NCBI GenBank assembly: GCA_001770205.1
Contig: MEQL01000009.1
Span: 1-56,773 of the forward strand
Direction: 5' to 3'
Origin: Bdellovibrionales bacterium RIFOXYD12_FULL_39_22
GTDB lineage: Bacteria > Bdellovibrionota > Bacteriovoracia > Bacteriovoracales > Bacteriovoracaceae
Length of the DNA stretch: 56,773 bases
Shown here: in pieces, positions 38,080 to 46,284 of the stretch
Position numbering within the stretch: position 1 is the first letter of the stretch
Layout: each line of letters starts with the position of its first letter
Notes under the pieces: generated by a model
Told to the model about the DNA's origin: nothing
The model's database searches: none
The model's input: the letters and a program-made list of their open reading frames with translations, nothing else
Position numbers and translations under genes: made by a program

Positions 38080-41016
38080 ATGGATTATAAACGGCCACTA
38101 ATATACTTTTCTCCTCTTTCTCCTTCCGCAGAAAAACTTAAAAGTTTGACACGGGAGATATTAAGCAAAAAGGATCCAACGCAAGAAGAGATCGATGATG
38201 GTGCTGAGGTCGAAGATAAGAATTTTGAAATATATGAGGTAGTGGAAGGTGAAGAGATAAATCAACTGCTGCCAACTATTGGCCCTTCCTTGACGGTAGT
38301 ATCCTCTCCTAAAAAATGTGCAATGCTACTCAAAAGTAACAGCAAGTATATAAAGAAATTTCAATCAAAGGTTTTACTTTTGAGTGTTAGTGAGATTCCT
38401 TCTGACGTAATGAATAAACTGATGAAGCTGGGATTGACGGAGCATATGGCGGAGCCGGTGAATCCCAAAACACTTTTATTCAAAATTAAATTTTTATTGA
38501 AGTCACTAAAATCGCTACAAAAAGAAGAGGAAAAAGAGAAGACACAGGCGGTAGTGTTTAAAAAATCAGATGATGAAAAGAAAAAGGAAGAAAACACGAG
38601 CGAAGTGTTGAGAGTAGAGAAGGGGATTTTGACAGAAAAGTCTGCTAGCGAAATTAATTTAGATAGTGGAATTAAAGGAGAGAAAAAAGTTGATCTCGGA
38701 CTAGAAGAACCGGTGCCGGAGCTTTTGCAAAAATCATCACTAGATAATATGCTTCCTGCGGATAACAAACCTAGTATCAGTAAGAAAAGTAGTGATTTGC
38801 TCCCGGACAAAGCGTCGCCAATCAAAGATAAAAGCAACCTTAATCTTTTTGGTGAGGAGAACAAAGATAATTTTTTGGAAAAATACTACAAGGGTAAAAA
38901 TAGTGACGATCTTAAGCTGGATATGGAGGCAAAAGCTAAGCAAACGGAAGTGGTTGCTGACGATGATCTTTTTTTGCGCAAATCAGATGTTAATATTGTA
39001 GCGGCCCAAAAAGAGTTGGATGAACTTAACGCCCAAGAGCTTGAAAGAGTTGCAGATGACGAGCTAGATCTGGGCCTTGTTGCTGCATCAAAAAAGAGAG
39101 GTGGTGGCGAAAATTTGGATTTGGATTTGGCCGCTGGAAAAAAAAGCAAACAAGATAAAATGGAAGAGTTAGATCTTTTGTCAAAAGCTGCCCACCCCGA
39201 ATCGTTAAAGGGAGAGACGGATGAATCTTTGGGCCTAAAAAAAATAGCAGAAGTTAATTTATTGGGGGATGATTTTTCTGAAGATGATGCTATTCGCAAT
39301 GCTAAGCAAGAGCTACTAAATTTAGACCTTACACCCGGGAAAAAACATTCCGCTGATAGGCCGACAGACTTAGATGATTTGGTAGAGAGTTCGGTTGAGA
39401 AAAAACAAAATGAGGCCGTTATTGAAATTGATCTATCACGTGCAAAAAAACTTAAGCAAGAACTAAGTGATGACGAAGAAAAAGCACGCTTAAAATTAAA
39501 AGAGCAAGAAGTTGAACTGTCGCTAGATCCGACCGGCCCCAAACCTAGTGCCGAAATAAGCGAGCTTGATCTTGGCCTTAAGAAGGCAGGCCTGTTAGAT
39601 TTAGTGGATGCCCAGGAGTCTCAAGAAGATGATTTGCAAAAGAGGGCAAAGGCCGGTGAGATGATAATAGATCTGCAGGCAGCCAGAGAGAGAAAGGATG
39701 CCCAAGAAGTACTTGATATTGATGACGGCGTTATGGCCGCAGATAAAATAGAAATAAATACGGAAGGATTGCGACAGGATAAGAATAATCTAAAACTAGA
39801 TTTAAATTCTGACTTAGAAATAGAGTCTGGCAGTAAGAAAAATAAAGAGCAATCACTAGAATTGGATTTGTTTGGGGATAAAAAGCTGGCGCGAAAAAAC
39901 AAAAAAGATGAAGATGTAGAAATTACCTCGGAGATGGCAGGTGCCGTCAAACATGAGATTAGTTCTCGCGAGGATGAGTTATTGCGGGCCAAAAAAGTAA
40001 AAGATATTGAACTAGATTTGGACAGTAGTGGGAAAATAAAAAATCACGGAGTTGAACACATCTCCACATATTATGGATTAAAAAAGAAAGAGGGATTAGA
40101 GAAAGGTGCTGATTGGGATATTTTAAAAGAAGATAATGTGTTGAATGTTGAAAAGAGGAAGAGAAAAAAAGGTGGTGGATGGGAAGGCGAAGAGTCTGAC
40201 TCTTCAGCGATGGCCGGACAGGCCATTGATTATAGAAAAATGAAACAGGAATTTGCTTTAGTTGGCCAGATTTTGGCCAAAGGTAAGGCCGATGTTGGCA
40301 CTAATAAGTGGACTTCTGTTTCGCTAGAAGATCCAGAGGTGCAAGAGATGGTGGCCAAGCTTAATGCTCTTCAAGATGATCCGGCCAAAATGATAAAAGA
40401 GTTGGAGTTAGAGGAGGAAGATGAGGCACCGGTAATTGAACCAAAGTCAGAAGGATTAGAATTTATCATTAAAACTTATCTTCAATATACTCAGCCTAAA
40501 TTAGATGTGAAAAATATTTTCAAAGATATTGCGAGGATTATTTGGAAAGAGCATGAGGGAGTGACTACTTTTTTGGTTAATGAGTTTACCAAAGATAAAT
40601 ATTTTGAAGAGTATGTTGGGTATTTAGAGTTAGATGTTCCTATGGATCAAGAAGAATGTCTGGAGACTTGGAATAAATTAAAAGAAGTCCGGACAAATTT
40701 ATGGAGAATAACTAAATTGCCAACATGGTCAGATGATACATTTCAGTCACCCTCCAACGAGTTTGTCTATCCTTATTTTGAAGGTGATGGAAATATGGGA
40801 GTGGCCATTGTTGGTTTTAATAAACCATTTGAGCAAAAGTATGCCAAAACAATTGAGATTATTTTAGAGAGTGCCCGCGGAATTTTTTTAAATAAATTTC
40901 ACGAGCAAGGAGGGGCGGGGGCATATTTGGGAATGATTAGAAAAGATTATGCTCAAGATGAAAATGGAGAGGGCGAAAAGCTTTGGAATAAACTTTTTGG
41001 GAAAAAGGCCAGTTAG
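38080..41016 (+). CDS. 978-aa protein: pseudo-receiver N-terminus, long charged low-complexity region, GAF-like C-terminus
   Basis: VLLLS...LMKLGLTEHMAEPVNPKTLL REC pattern; repeated (E/D)L(D/E)L motifs; C-terminal FVYPYFEGDGNMGVAIV. Confidence 0.7.
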   Translation: MDYKRPLIYFSPLSPSAEKLKSLTREILSKKDPTQEEIDDGAEVEDKNFEIYEVVEGEEINQLLPTIGPSLTVVSSPKKCAMLLKSNSKYIKKFQSKVLLLSVSEIPSDVMNKLMKLGLTEHMAEPVNPKTLLFKIKFLLKSLKSLQKEEEKEKTQAVVFKKSDDEKKKEENTSEVLRVEKGILTEKSASEINLDSGIKGEKKVDLGLEEPVPELLQKSSLDNMLPADNKPSISKKSSDLLPDKASPIKDKSNLNLFGEENKDNFLEKYYKGKNSDDLKLDMEAKAKQTEVVADDDLFLRKSDVNIVAAQKELDELNAQELERVADDELDLGLVAASKKRGGGENLDLDLAAGKKSKQDKMEELDLLSKAAHPESLKGETDESLGLKKIAEVNLLGDDFSEDDAIRNAKQELLNLDLTPGKKHSADRPTDLDDLVESSVEKKQNEAVIEIDLSRAKKLKQELSDDEEKARLKLKEQEVELSLDPTGPKPSAEISELDLGLKKAGLLDLVDAQESQEDDLQKRAKAGEMIIDLQAARERKDAQEVLDIDDGVMAADKIEINTEGLRQDKNNLKLDLNSDLEIESGSKKNKEQSLELDLFGDKKLARKNKKDEDVEITSEMAGAVKHEISSREDELLRAKKVKDIELDLDSSGKIKNHGVEHISTYYGLKKKEGLEKGADWDILKEDNVLNVEKRKRKKGGGWEGEESDSSAMAGQAIDYRKMKQEFALVGQILAKGKADVGTNKWTSVSLEDPEVQEMVAKLNALQDDPAKMIKELELEEEDEAPVIEPKSEGLEFIIKTYLQYTQPKLDVKNIFKDIARIIWKEHEGVTTFLVNEFTKDKYFEEYVGYLELDVPMDQEECLETWNKLKEVRTNLWRITKLPTWSDDTFQSPSNEFVYPYFEGDGNMGVAIVGFNKPFEQKYAKTIEIILESARGIFLNKFHEQGGAGAYLGMIRKDYAQDENGEGEKLWNKLFGKKAS

Positions 41017-41036
41017 TAAGTAATGGTGAATAAAAA

Positions 41037-42071
41037 ATGAAAAAAAAGGACTATTTTGAAATAAGTTTAGAGATGTTGAAGGAGAAAAAGATTTTTCCTT
41101 TTCATCTGCATGTGTTCAATCCGCTTAATAAGCAATACTCTTCATATTTGCTGGCCAACAATCCGCTGACACAAAAAAAACGTGAGTTTTTGGAGTATAT
41201 AATAAAAAACGGTGGAAAATTAGCAGTGGCCTTTGGACAAAAATCTACTTTTTTAGAGGAGACGGAGACAAAGGAAGAAGAGGTTCCATCTTTGAAAGAT
41301 GCAGAACCTCATCCGCTAGAGAAGGCCCGCAAAATGTATCAGAAAATTTTAGAGGATAAAGATAAAATTAATGGGCCGTTTATTTTTCAAGAGGAGATGA
41401 ATAAGGCCGTCGAGGCAGAGAATTTTGCAATTATTATTGAAAGAACACATGATGAAATAATGACGTTGCCAGTTAATTTGTCTTCCACTGTTAGCTTGGC
41501 AGTACATCTTACAGATTTGTTAATGACTGAAGATAATTACATAAATCGAGTGGTGGCGGTGGCCTATCAATTGGCCAAAGTTAGCGATATGCGGGATGAA
41601 GAAATTTTAGGCGATTTAGTGTGCGCGGCATTTTTACACCATGTTGGAATTTCACAACTGGATATCGCAGTATCGCGGAAGGCCTTTTATGCAATTCCCG
41701 ATGAATTTAGAAAGGAATATAAAAAACATCAAGGCCTTGCTCATCATTTGATAAAAAAGAGTGGAGTTGAACTAAGCAAACGCTGTATAGATACCATTCT
41801 TGAGCATCACGAACGAAATGACGGCTCAGGATATCCGTTTCAAAAAATGGGTAATAAGATTACGCCGCTGGCCCTATTGTTAGGAGCTGTTTCTCATATT
41901 TTTGAATATGCTACTGGTAAAATCGATGGCAATACCAGATCGATCAAGTCTGTTTTGAGTAGTCTTAAAAATAAAACTTTTACCCCTGGACTTGAATTTG
42001 AGTTTGGCGATACAATATATAATAATTTAATATACTTAATGGAAAAAGAAATAACTAGTAATGCAGCATGA
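41037..42071 (+). CDS. Degenerate HD-GYP domain protein
   Basis: HHERNDGSGYP is intact, but the HD motif reads LHHVG. Confidence 0.85.
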   Translation: MKKKDYFEISLEMLKEKKIFPFHLHVFNPLNKQYSSYLLANNPLTQKKREFLEYIIKNGGKLAVAFGQKSTFLEETETKEEEVPSLKDAEPHPLEKARKMYQKILEDKDKINGPFIFQEEMNKAVEAENFAIIIERTHDEIMTLPVNLSSTVSLAVHLTDLLMTEDNYINRVVAVAYQLAKVSDMRDEEILGDLVCAAFLHHVGISQLDIAVSRKAFYAIPDEFRKEYKKHQGLAHHLIKKSGVELSKRCIDTILEHHERNDGSGYPFQKMGNKITPLALLLGAVSHIFEYATGKIDGNTRSIKSVLSSLKNKTFTPGLEFEFGDTIYNNLIYLMEKEITSNAA

Positions 42072-42091
42072 TTTCTAGATAGGAGTTTTTT

Positions 42092-42490
42092 ATGACGTTG
42101 AAGGCCGATATGAGAATTTTAGTGGTCGATGATATGGCGACAATGCGTAAAATTATAAAAAATATGTTAACGCAAATTGGCTTCACTAATATACAAGAGG
42201 CAGATGATGGATCAACTGCCTGGAAAAAAATGGAAGATGCCATTGCATCAGGGGCCCCGTACGAATTTATTGTTTCTGATTGGAACATGCCGCAGCTGAG
42301 TGGCCTTGATTTTTTGAAAAAAATTCGCTCAGTAGAAAGCTTAAAAAATCTTCCATTTTTGATGATTACTGCCGAAGCAGAACAAGGGAATGTCGTTATA
42401 GCGGTAAAGGCCGGAGTAAGTAATTTCATCGTTAAACCGTTTTCAGCACAAGTGTTGAAAGAAAAAATTGACAAAATATTTAATAAGTAA
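42092..42490 (+). CDS. cheY: Chemotaxis response regulator CheY
   Basis: VVDDMATMRK, SDWNMP, MITAEA, IVKPF. Confidence 0.93.
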   Translation: MTLKADMRILVVDDMATMRKIIKNMLTQIGFTNIQEADDGSTAWKKMEDAIASGAPYEFIVSDWNMPQLSGLDFLKKIRSVESLKNLPFLMITAEAEQGNVVIAVKAGVSNFIVKPFSAQVLKEKIDKIFNK

Positions 42491-42514
42491 TCTTTGCCTC
42501 CTGAGGATTTTACA

Positions 42515-43027
42515 ATGACAATGCAAGATGATCCTGCAATGAAAGAGATCATAGATGATTTTTGCAAGGAGACTAATTCACTTTTTGTTCCTCTTCAAAA
42601 GACATTAGAAAATTTGGAGGCAGCTCCGACTAATACCAAAGAATTAGAAAGGTTTGGCCAGATGATTGATCGTATCATGGGAGCGGCAAAATCTATTGGA
42701 GCAACCGAGATTGCCACTTTTTGTGAATTAGGAAAGACCATCGGGTATAAAGCATCGCAGACAAAAGATGTTCCACTACTAAATGTGGTAGTGGCCATTT
42801 TATTTGATACGATTGATCTTTTATCGAAAATGATCGCTAAGTTGCAAACAGGAAATGCAACTCCACTTCGTGGACTTAATACTGATGCGTTTGTAACTAG
42901 ATTGCGATGGTTGTCAGATAAATTTAAAAATATTGATAGAGCTTCTTGTATTGTGGAAGATCCAGATAGCAAGAAGAATCTTTCACAGGCCTCTATTGAT
43001 GAGTTAATGAATAGCTTAGGCCTATAA
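42515..43027 (+). CDS. HPt-like protein lacking the phospho-His, with CheZ-like motifs
   Basis: CheA-P1-like helices; ERFGQMIDRIMG; C-terminal SQASIDELMNSLGL; GAGGA RBS before ATG 42515. Confidence 0.75.
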   Translation: MTMQDDPAMKEIIDDFCKETNSLFVPLQKTLENLEAAPTNTKELERFGQMIDRIMGAAKSIGATEIATFCELGKTIGYKASQTKDVPLLNVVVAILFDTIDLLSKMIAKLQTGNATPLRGLNTDAFVTRLRWLSDKFKNIDRASCIVEDPDSKKNLSQASIDELMNSLGL

Positions 43028-43043
43028 TAATTTGGGGATACTC

Positions 43044-43547
43044 ATGAGTAATAATTTTATCGAGTTTTCTAAGCCTTTTATCGATGCGGCGAAAAATGTC
43101 TTCGAGACTATGGTTTTTACAAAGCTAGAACCTCAAAAACCTTTTATAAAAAAAGATAATGTTTCTCGCGGAGATGTTTCTGCTGTTTTAGGTATGAGTG
43201 GGGTTTTAAAAACTGGCGATAAGGGCCCGGTGGAATTTAAGGCCATGTTTGTTTTATCTTGGCCGTATGAGACATATTTCAAAGTGGCCAGTGCAATGCT
43301 TATGGCAACCTACACTACTTACTGCGAAGAGATATCTGATGCTGGCGGTGAGATATGCAACATGGTAACAGGAAATGCTAAGCGCGACTTAGCGGTTATG
43401 GGTTATAGTTCTAATATGTCTATTCCCTCAATGATTGAGGGGGCCGGGCATACCATCAAATATCCACCAGGGACAAAGATCATTGTTATCCCAATTACTT
43501 CTGCGCATGGCCCAATGTTTATGGAACTTTGCTACAAAGAGGAGTAG
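43044..43547 (+). CDS. cheX: Chemotaxis phosphatase CheX
   Basis: PFIDAAKNVFETM, DVSAVLGMSG, catalytic ExxN (GEICNM), SIPSMIEG. Confidence 0.9.
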   Translation: MSNNFIEFSKPFIDAAKNVFETMVFTKLEPQKPFIKKDNVSRGDVSAVLGMSGVLKTGDKGPVEFKAMFVLSWPYETYFKVASAMLMATYTTYCEEISDAGGEICNMVTGNAKRDLAVMGYSSNMSIPSMIEGAGHTIKYPPGTKIIVIPITSAHGPMFMELCYKEE

Positions 43548-43571
43548 TTTATTTTTGCTTCAGCTAAGCTA

Positions 43572-45044
43572 TTGCTTTGTGCTTGTCTCTCCACTGTATT
43601 TGCTTCGGAATTATCGGAATCAGAGGTGCGAAAAAATTTAGGTGATATTATCAAGGCACTGGATGATTATAAAATATCTATTTCTTCTCAAAAGAATGAT
43701 TACCGGAACAAGGTAGATAACATTAAAAAGCGACTGTTAGAAATACCTATTTCAAGTTGTAAGATGAAACCAACTTCACTAAATCAAGTTGGATTTGGAA
43801 TTAATTGCTACTTAGAGAATAAAAAAATTACACGGATTGGACTCAAAACTAAAAATGATAAAGATGAAATTGTTTTGGTAGAATATGAGATGTATGAAAA
43901 TGGAGCATTGAAAAAATATTCGATGATTTCTGATAATGATATTAGCATTCGTGGATTTTATTTGGATGGCAGCAAGTCCCTAGAAGTTACTAAGGCCTTA
44001 AATGAAAAAATTAAAGAGTTGATCTATGACAAAAATGGACGCCTAATTAGCGCTTCTATTGTGGATCGTGTCAATTATAATACTAAAGAAGAGGTTTCGC
44101 TTAATAATCAACTTTATGCTGGCCTTCGGCCGTTGATTGAAAAACATATTTCCTGTCAAGATAAAACTTTCGATCGAGGGGCGTTTGATAAAGAATTAGG
44201 AGAGCTTTGTTTGCAAAAGGGGATCTCTGATTTGTTGTGTGGTTATTCTTTTGCTGCCAAATATACGCGTGAGGCCGAAGATATTATGGAAATTCCGATC
44301 GGTGATATTGGAGCGTTTGGCATGAATGCGCTACTGCGTTTATGTGACAAAGAGAGGATTTCATGGGCGTGTGGAGAGTTGTCCGCAGGTATTCGAAAAT
44401 GGGACGGAACAGTAGTGCAGGATAAAGATGCTTCCAAGGTTGTTATTGATCATGTTGGGCAATCTTGTAATCTTGAACCTGGATTAGACATTCTTAATTT
44501 ATTTAGCACCAATGATAATTCCGGAGATTTAATTGAAATGGCCCAGGAGTTGGCGCAATTACCATTAGAGGATGCTTGTCGCTTTGCTGGGGAGGACTCA
44601 GAGTATTGCTATCAACTTATGCTATACGAAAAAGAGGAATCTCGAAGTCTACCTATGGCAATTGGGCAGTGTAACAACAATAATCGATTAAGTTGTTTGG
44701 CGTTAAAAGATGGTCGATTTGGGCAGCAGGGAGAGGCGGCGTACAACAATATTTCCGATGAAGCTAAAAAATTAACAGAGGCATGGCAATTCAATGAAAG
44801 AGAAAGTATTCGGATGGAAGATGTCGCTAATTTTCAAGATGATAATCATTTCGTGGGAGACTTTTTTGACTATTTTAATTCTAGTGGTGGAGTTATAGAC
44901 TATTGTGGAGAAGCAATTGAGCTTGCAAAAATTGATACTATTCAAGCAGATTTTGGACAGGACGATATCGGCGGGATGTTTGATGGCCTAACGCCGGAGG
45001 ATTATGGCGTTGGTGATTTAGATTTTGCAGGGCCTGAAGATTAG
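43572..45044 (+). CDS. Secreted Cys-rich hypothetical protein with MORN-like repeats (start possibly ATT 43551)
   Basis: Signal-like KLLLCACLSTVFA; YENG/YLDG/YDKNG repeats; paired Cys; acidic tail. Confidence 0.65.
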   Translation: MLCACLSTVFASELSESEVRKNLGDIIKALDDYKISISSQKNDYRNKVDNIKKRLLEIPISSCKMKPTSLNQVGFGINCYLENKKITRIGLKTKNDKDEIVLVEYEMYENGALKKYSMISDNDISIRGFYLDGSKSLEVTKALNEKIKELIYDKNGRLISASIVDRVNYNTKEEVSLNNQLYAGLRPLIEKHISCQDKTFDRGAFDKELGELCLQKGISDLLCGYSFAAKYTREAEDIMEIPIGDIGAFGMNALLRLCDKERISWACGELSAGIRKWDGTVVQDKDASKVVIDHVGQSCNLEPGLDILNLFSTNDNSGDLIEMAQELAQLPLEDACRFAGEDSEYCYQLMLYEKEESRSLPMAIGQCNNNNRLSCLALKDGRFGQQGEAAYNNISDEAKKLTEAWQFNERESIRMEDVANFQDDNHFVGDFFDYFNSSGGVIDYCGEAIELAKIDTIQADFGQDDIGGMFDGLTPEDYGVGDLDFAGPED

Positions 45045-45053
45045 AATCAAATC

Positions 45054-45992
45054 CTATTTGCTGGCCACAACTTTGAGTATTTTAAAGCGAAAAAACTGAT
45101 TTAGAGGACAATCAATCTCTTTACAGTAGTAGCTATCATTATCCAAAAAATCTTGCCAGCGTGAAATCAAAATATCATTGAGTTCAAAGTCTATGCCTTT
45201 TTTAATTTTGGCACACTTATTTATGCAAAACAGATTTTTAAAATCAAAAAAATAATCTGCTCCTTTTTTAATTTTTTCTAATAGGTCAGTAAAAATATTA
45301 TCTAAATTGGCCGGATCTTCTTTGGCCTTATCTATTTTTAAATAATCACTGATTTTGCTGGCCGCAGCAGAAGCGGCAGTTTCCTTTAAGTGTTTGGCGT
45401 ATGCACGTAATTTGCACTCTGAGAGGAATTTACAAAAAAGATGTCCGCGCTCATCTAGCATAGAAACGGCCTGGTAGGTGTTGGGATCAAACTCAGCTGA
45501 TGACTGAGGAGTTATAAATTTGCACTGGTTGTGGCAAAAAAGCTCTGCAGAAGAGAGGAGATCAAAAGAAGTTTCCGATGATTGTGTTTGGGCCAAGGAA
45601 ATTTTTTGTGCTTTTATCAAATGGTAGTAAAAGTTCATTTGATAAGGAAGGCCACCTGTAGCTAGTAAGGTTTTATCGGTGGATCTGATTTTAAAAATAA
45701 TTTCTTCATAATCTTTTAAATCTAAAATAGTGTTGGCGATGGAGTAATTGACAATACTGTCGTCTTTATCCCAAATATAGATAGTTTTTGCACATAAACT
45801 GGTAGTTGTAAGTTCCTCGGCAGAAAGTTTAAGGCGAGTAATTAAAAGATCAATTTTTTTTGTAGCAATTTCATTTTGAACGGAAGCAATATCGGAAACG
45901 GCGGTATAAGAATAGTCTAATTCTGTTAGGGCAAGATTTAAATTGTTAGTTGGATCGCTGGCATCTAAAAAAATCAGAGCGTTCTTTTGCAT
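45054..45992 (-). CDS. Pseudo-receiver protein with duplicated Cys4 domain
   Basis: REC-like N-terminus (ALIFLD...KIDLLITR); two C-x3-C-x29-C-x4/5-C units. Confidence 0.65.
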   Translation of the reverse strand: MQKNALIFLDASDPTNNLNLALTELDYSYTAVSDIASVQNEIATKKIDLLITRLKLSAEELTTTSLCAKTIYIWDKDDSIVNYSIANTILDLKDYEEIIFKIRSTDKTLLATGGLPYQMNFYYHLIKAQKISLAQTQSSETSFDLLSSAELFCHNQCKFITPQSSAEFDPNTYQAVSMLDERGHLFCKFLSECKLRAYAKHLKETAASAAASKISDYLKIDKAKEDPANLDNIFTDLLEKIKKGADYFFDFKNLFCINKCAKIKKGIDFELNDILISRWQDFLDNDSYYCKEIDCPLNQFFRFKILKVVASK

Positions 45993-45999
45993 GGAGTTC

Positions 46000-46260
46000 C
46001 TACTTCTTTGCAATTATTTCTGCTTCCAATCCTTCTTCACTGATTTCAAAAGTAAACTCTTCAGCGCCACTCTCTTTGGTATCATGAACTAAACCAACAA
46101 TGTCCTCAATAGAAAGTTCAGGATCGATATTATAATCGCCGCAAATACATGAGACAAGTTCATGAGCTACTTCATAATCTTTATCTGCTTTTAAATTTTT
46201 TATATTAAAGGTGATGATAAAGGAATCACTATCCAAATTCATGTCGACGTCTACTTTCAT
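46000..46260 (-). CDS. Small acidic hypothetical protein
   Basis: 86-aa ORF with GGAGG RBS, in operon between ABC-F and the next gene. Confidence 0.7.
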   Translation of the reverse strand: MKVDVDMNLDSDSFIITFNIKNLKADKDYEVAHELVSCICGDYNIDPELSIEDIVGLVHDTKESGAEEFTFEISEEGLEAEIIAKK

Positions 46261-46284
46261 TTATCAAGCCTCCCGTTTTACTTA

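Noticed and set aside
38361..39992. Long antisense ORFs (167, 218 and 123 aa)
   Set aside because: Shadows of the low-complexity sense gene; the same applies to other antisense ORFs such as 42055-42567, 25742-26227 and 34809-35288
43545..43571. cheX TAG is in frame with the next ORF (readthrough or pyrrolysine fusion?)
   Set aside because: CheX is complete at the stop, the downstream part begins with a signal peptide, in-frame adjacency is a 1-in-3 chance, and no pyl genes are seen
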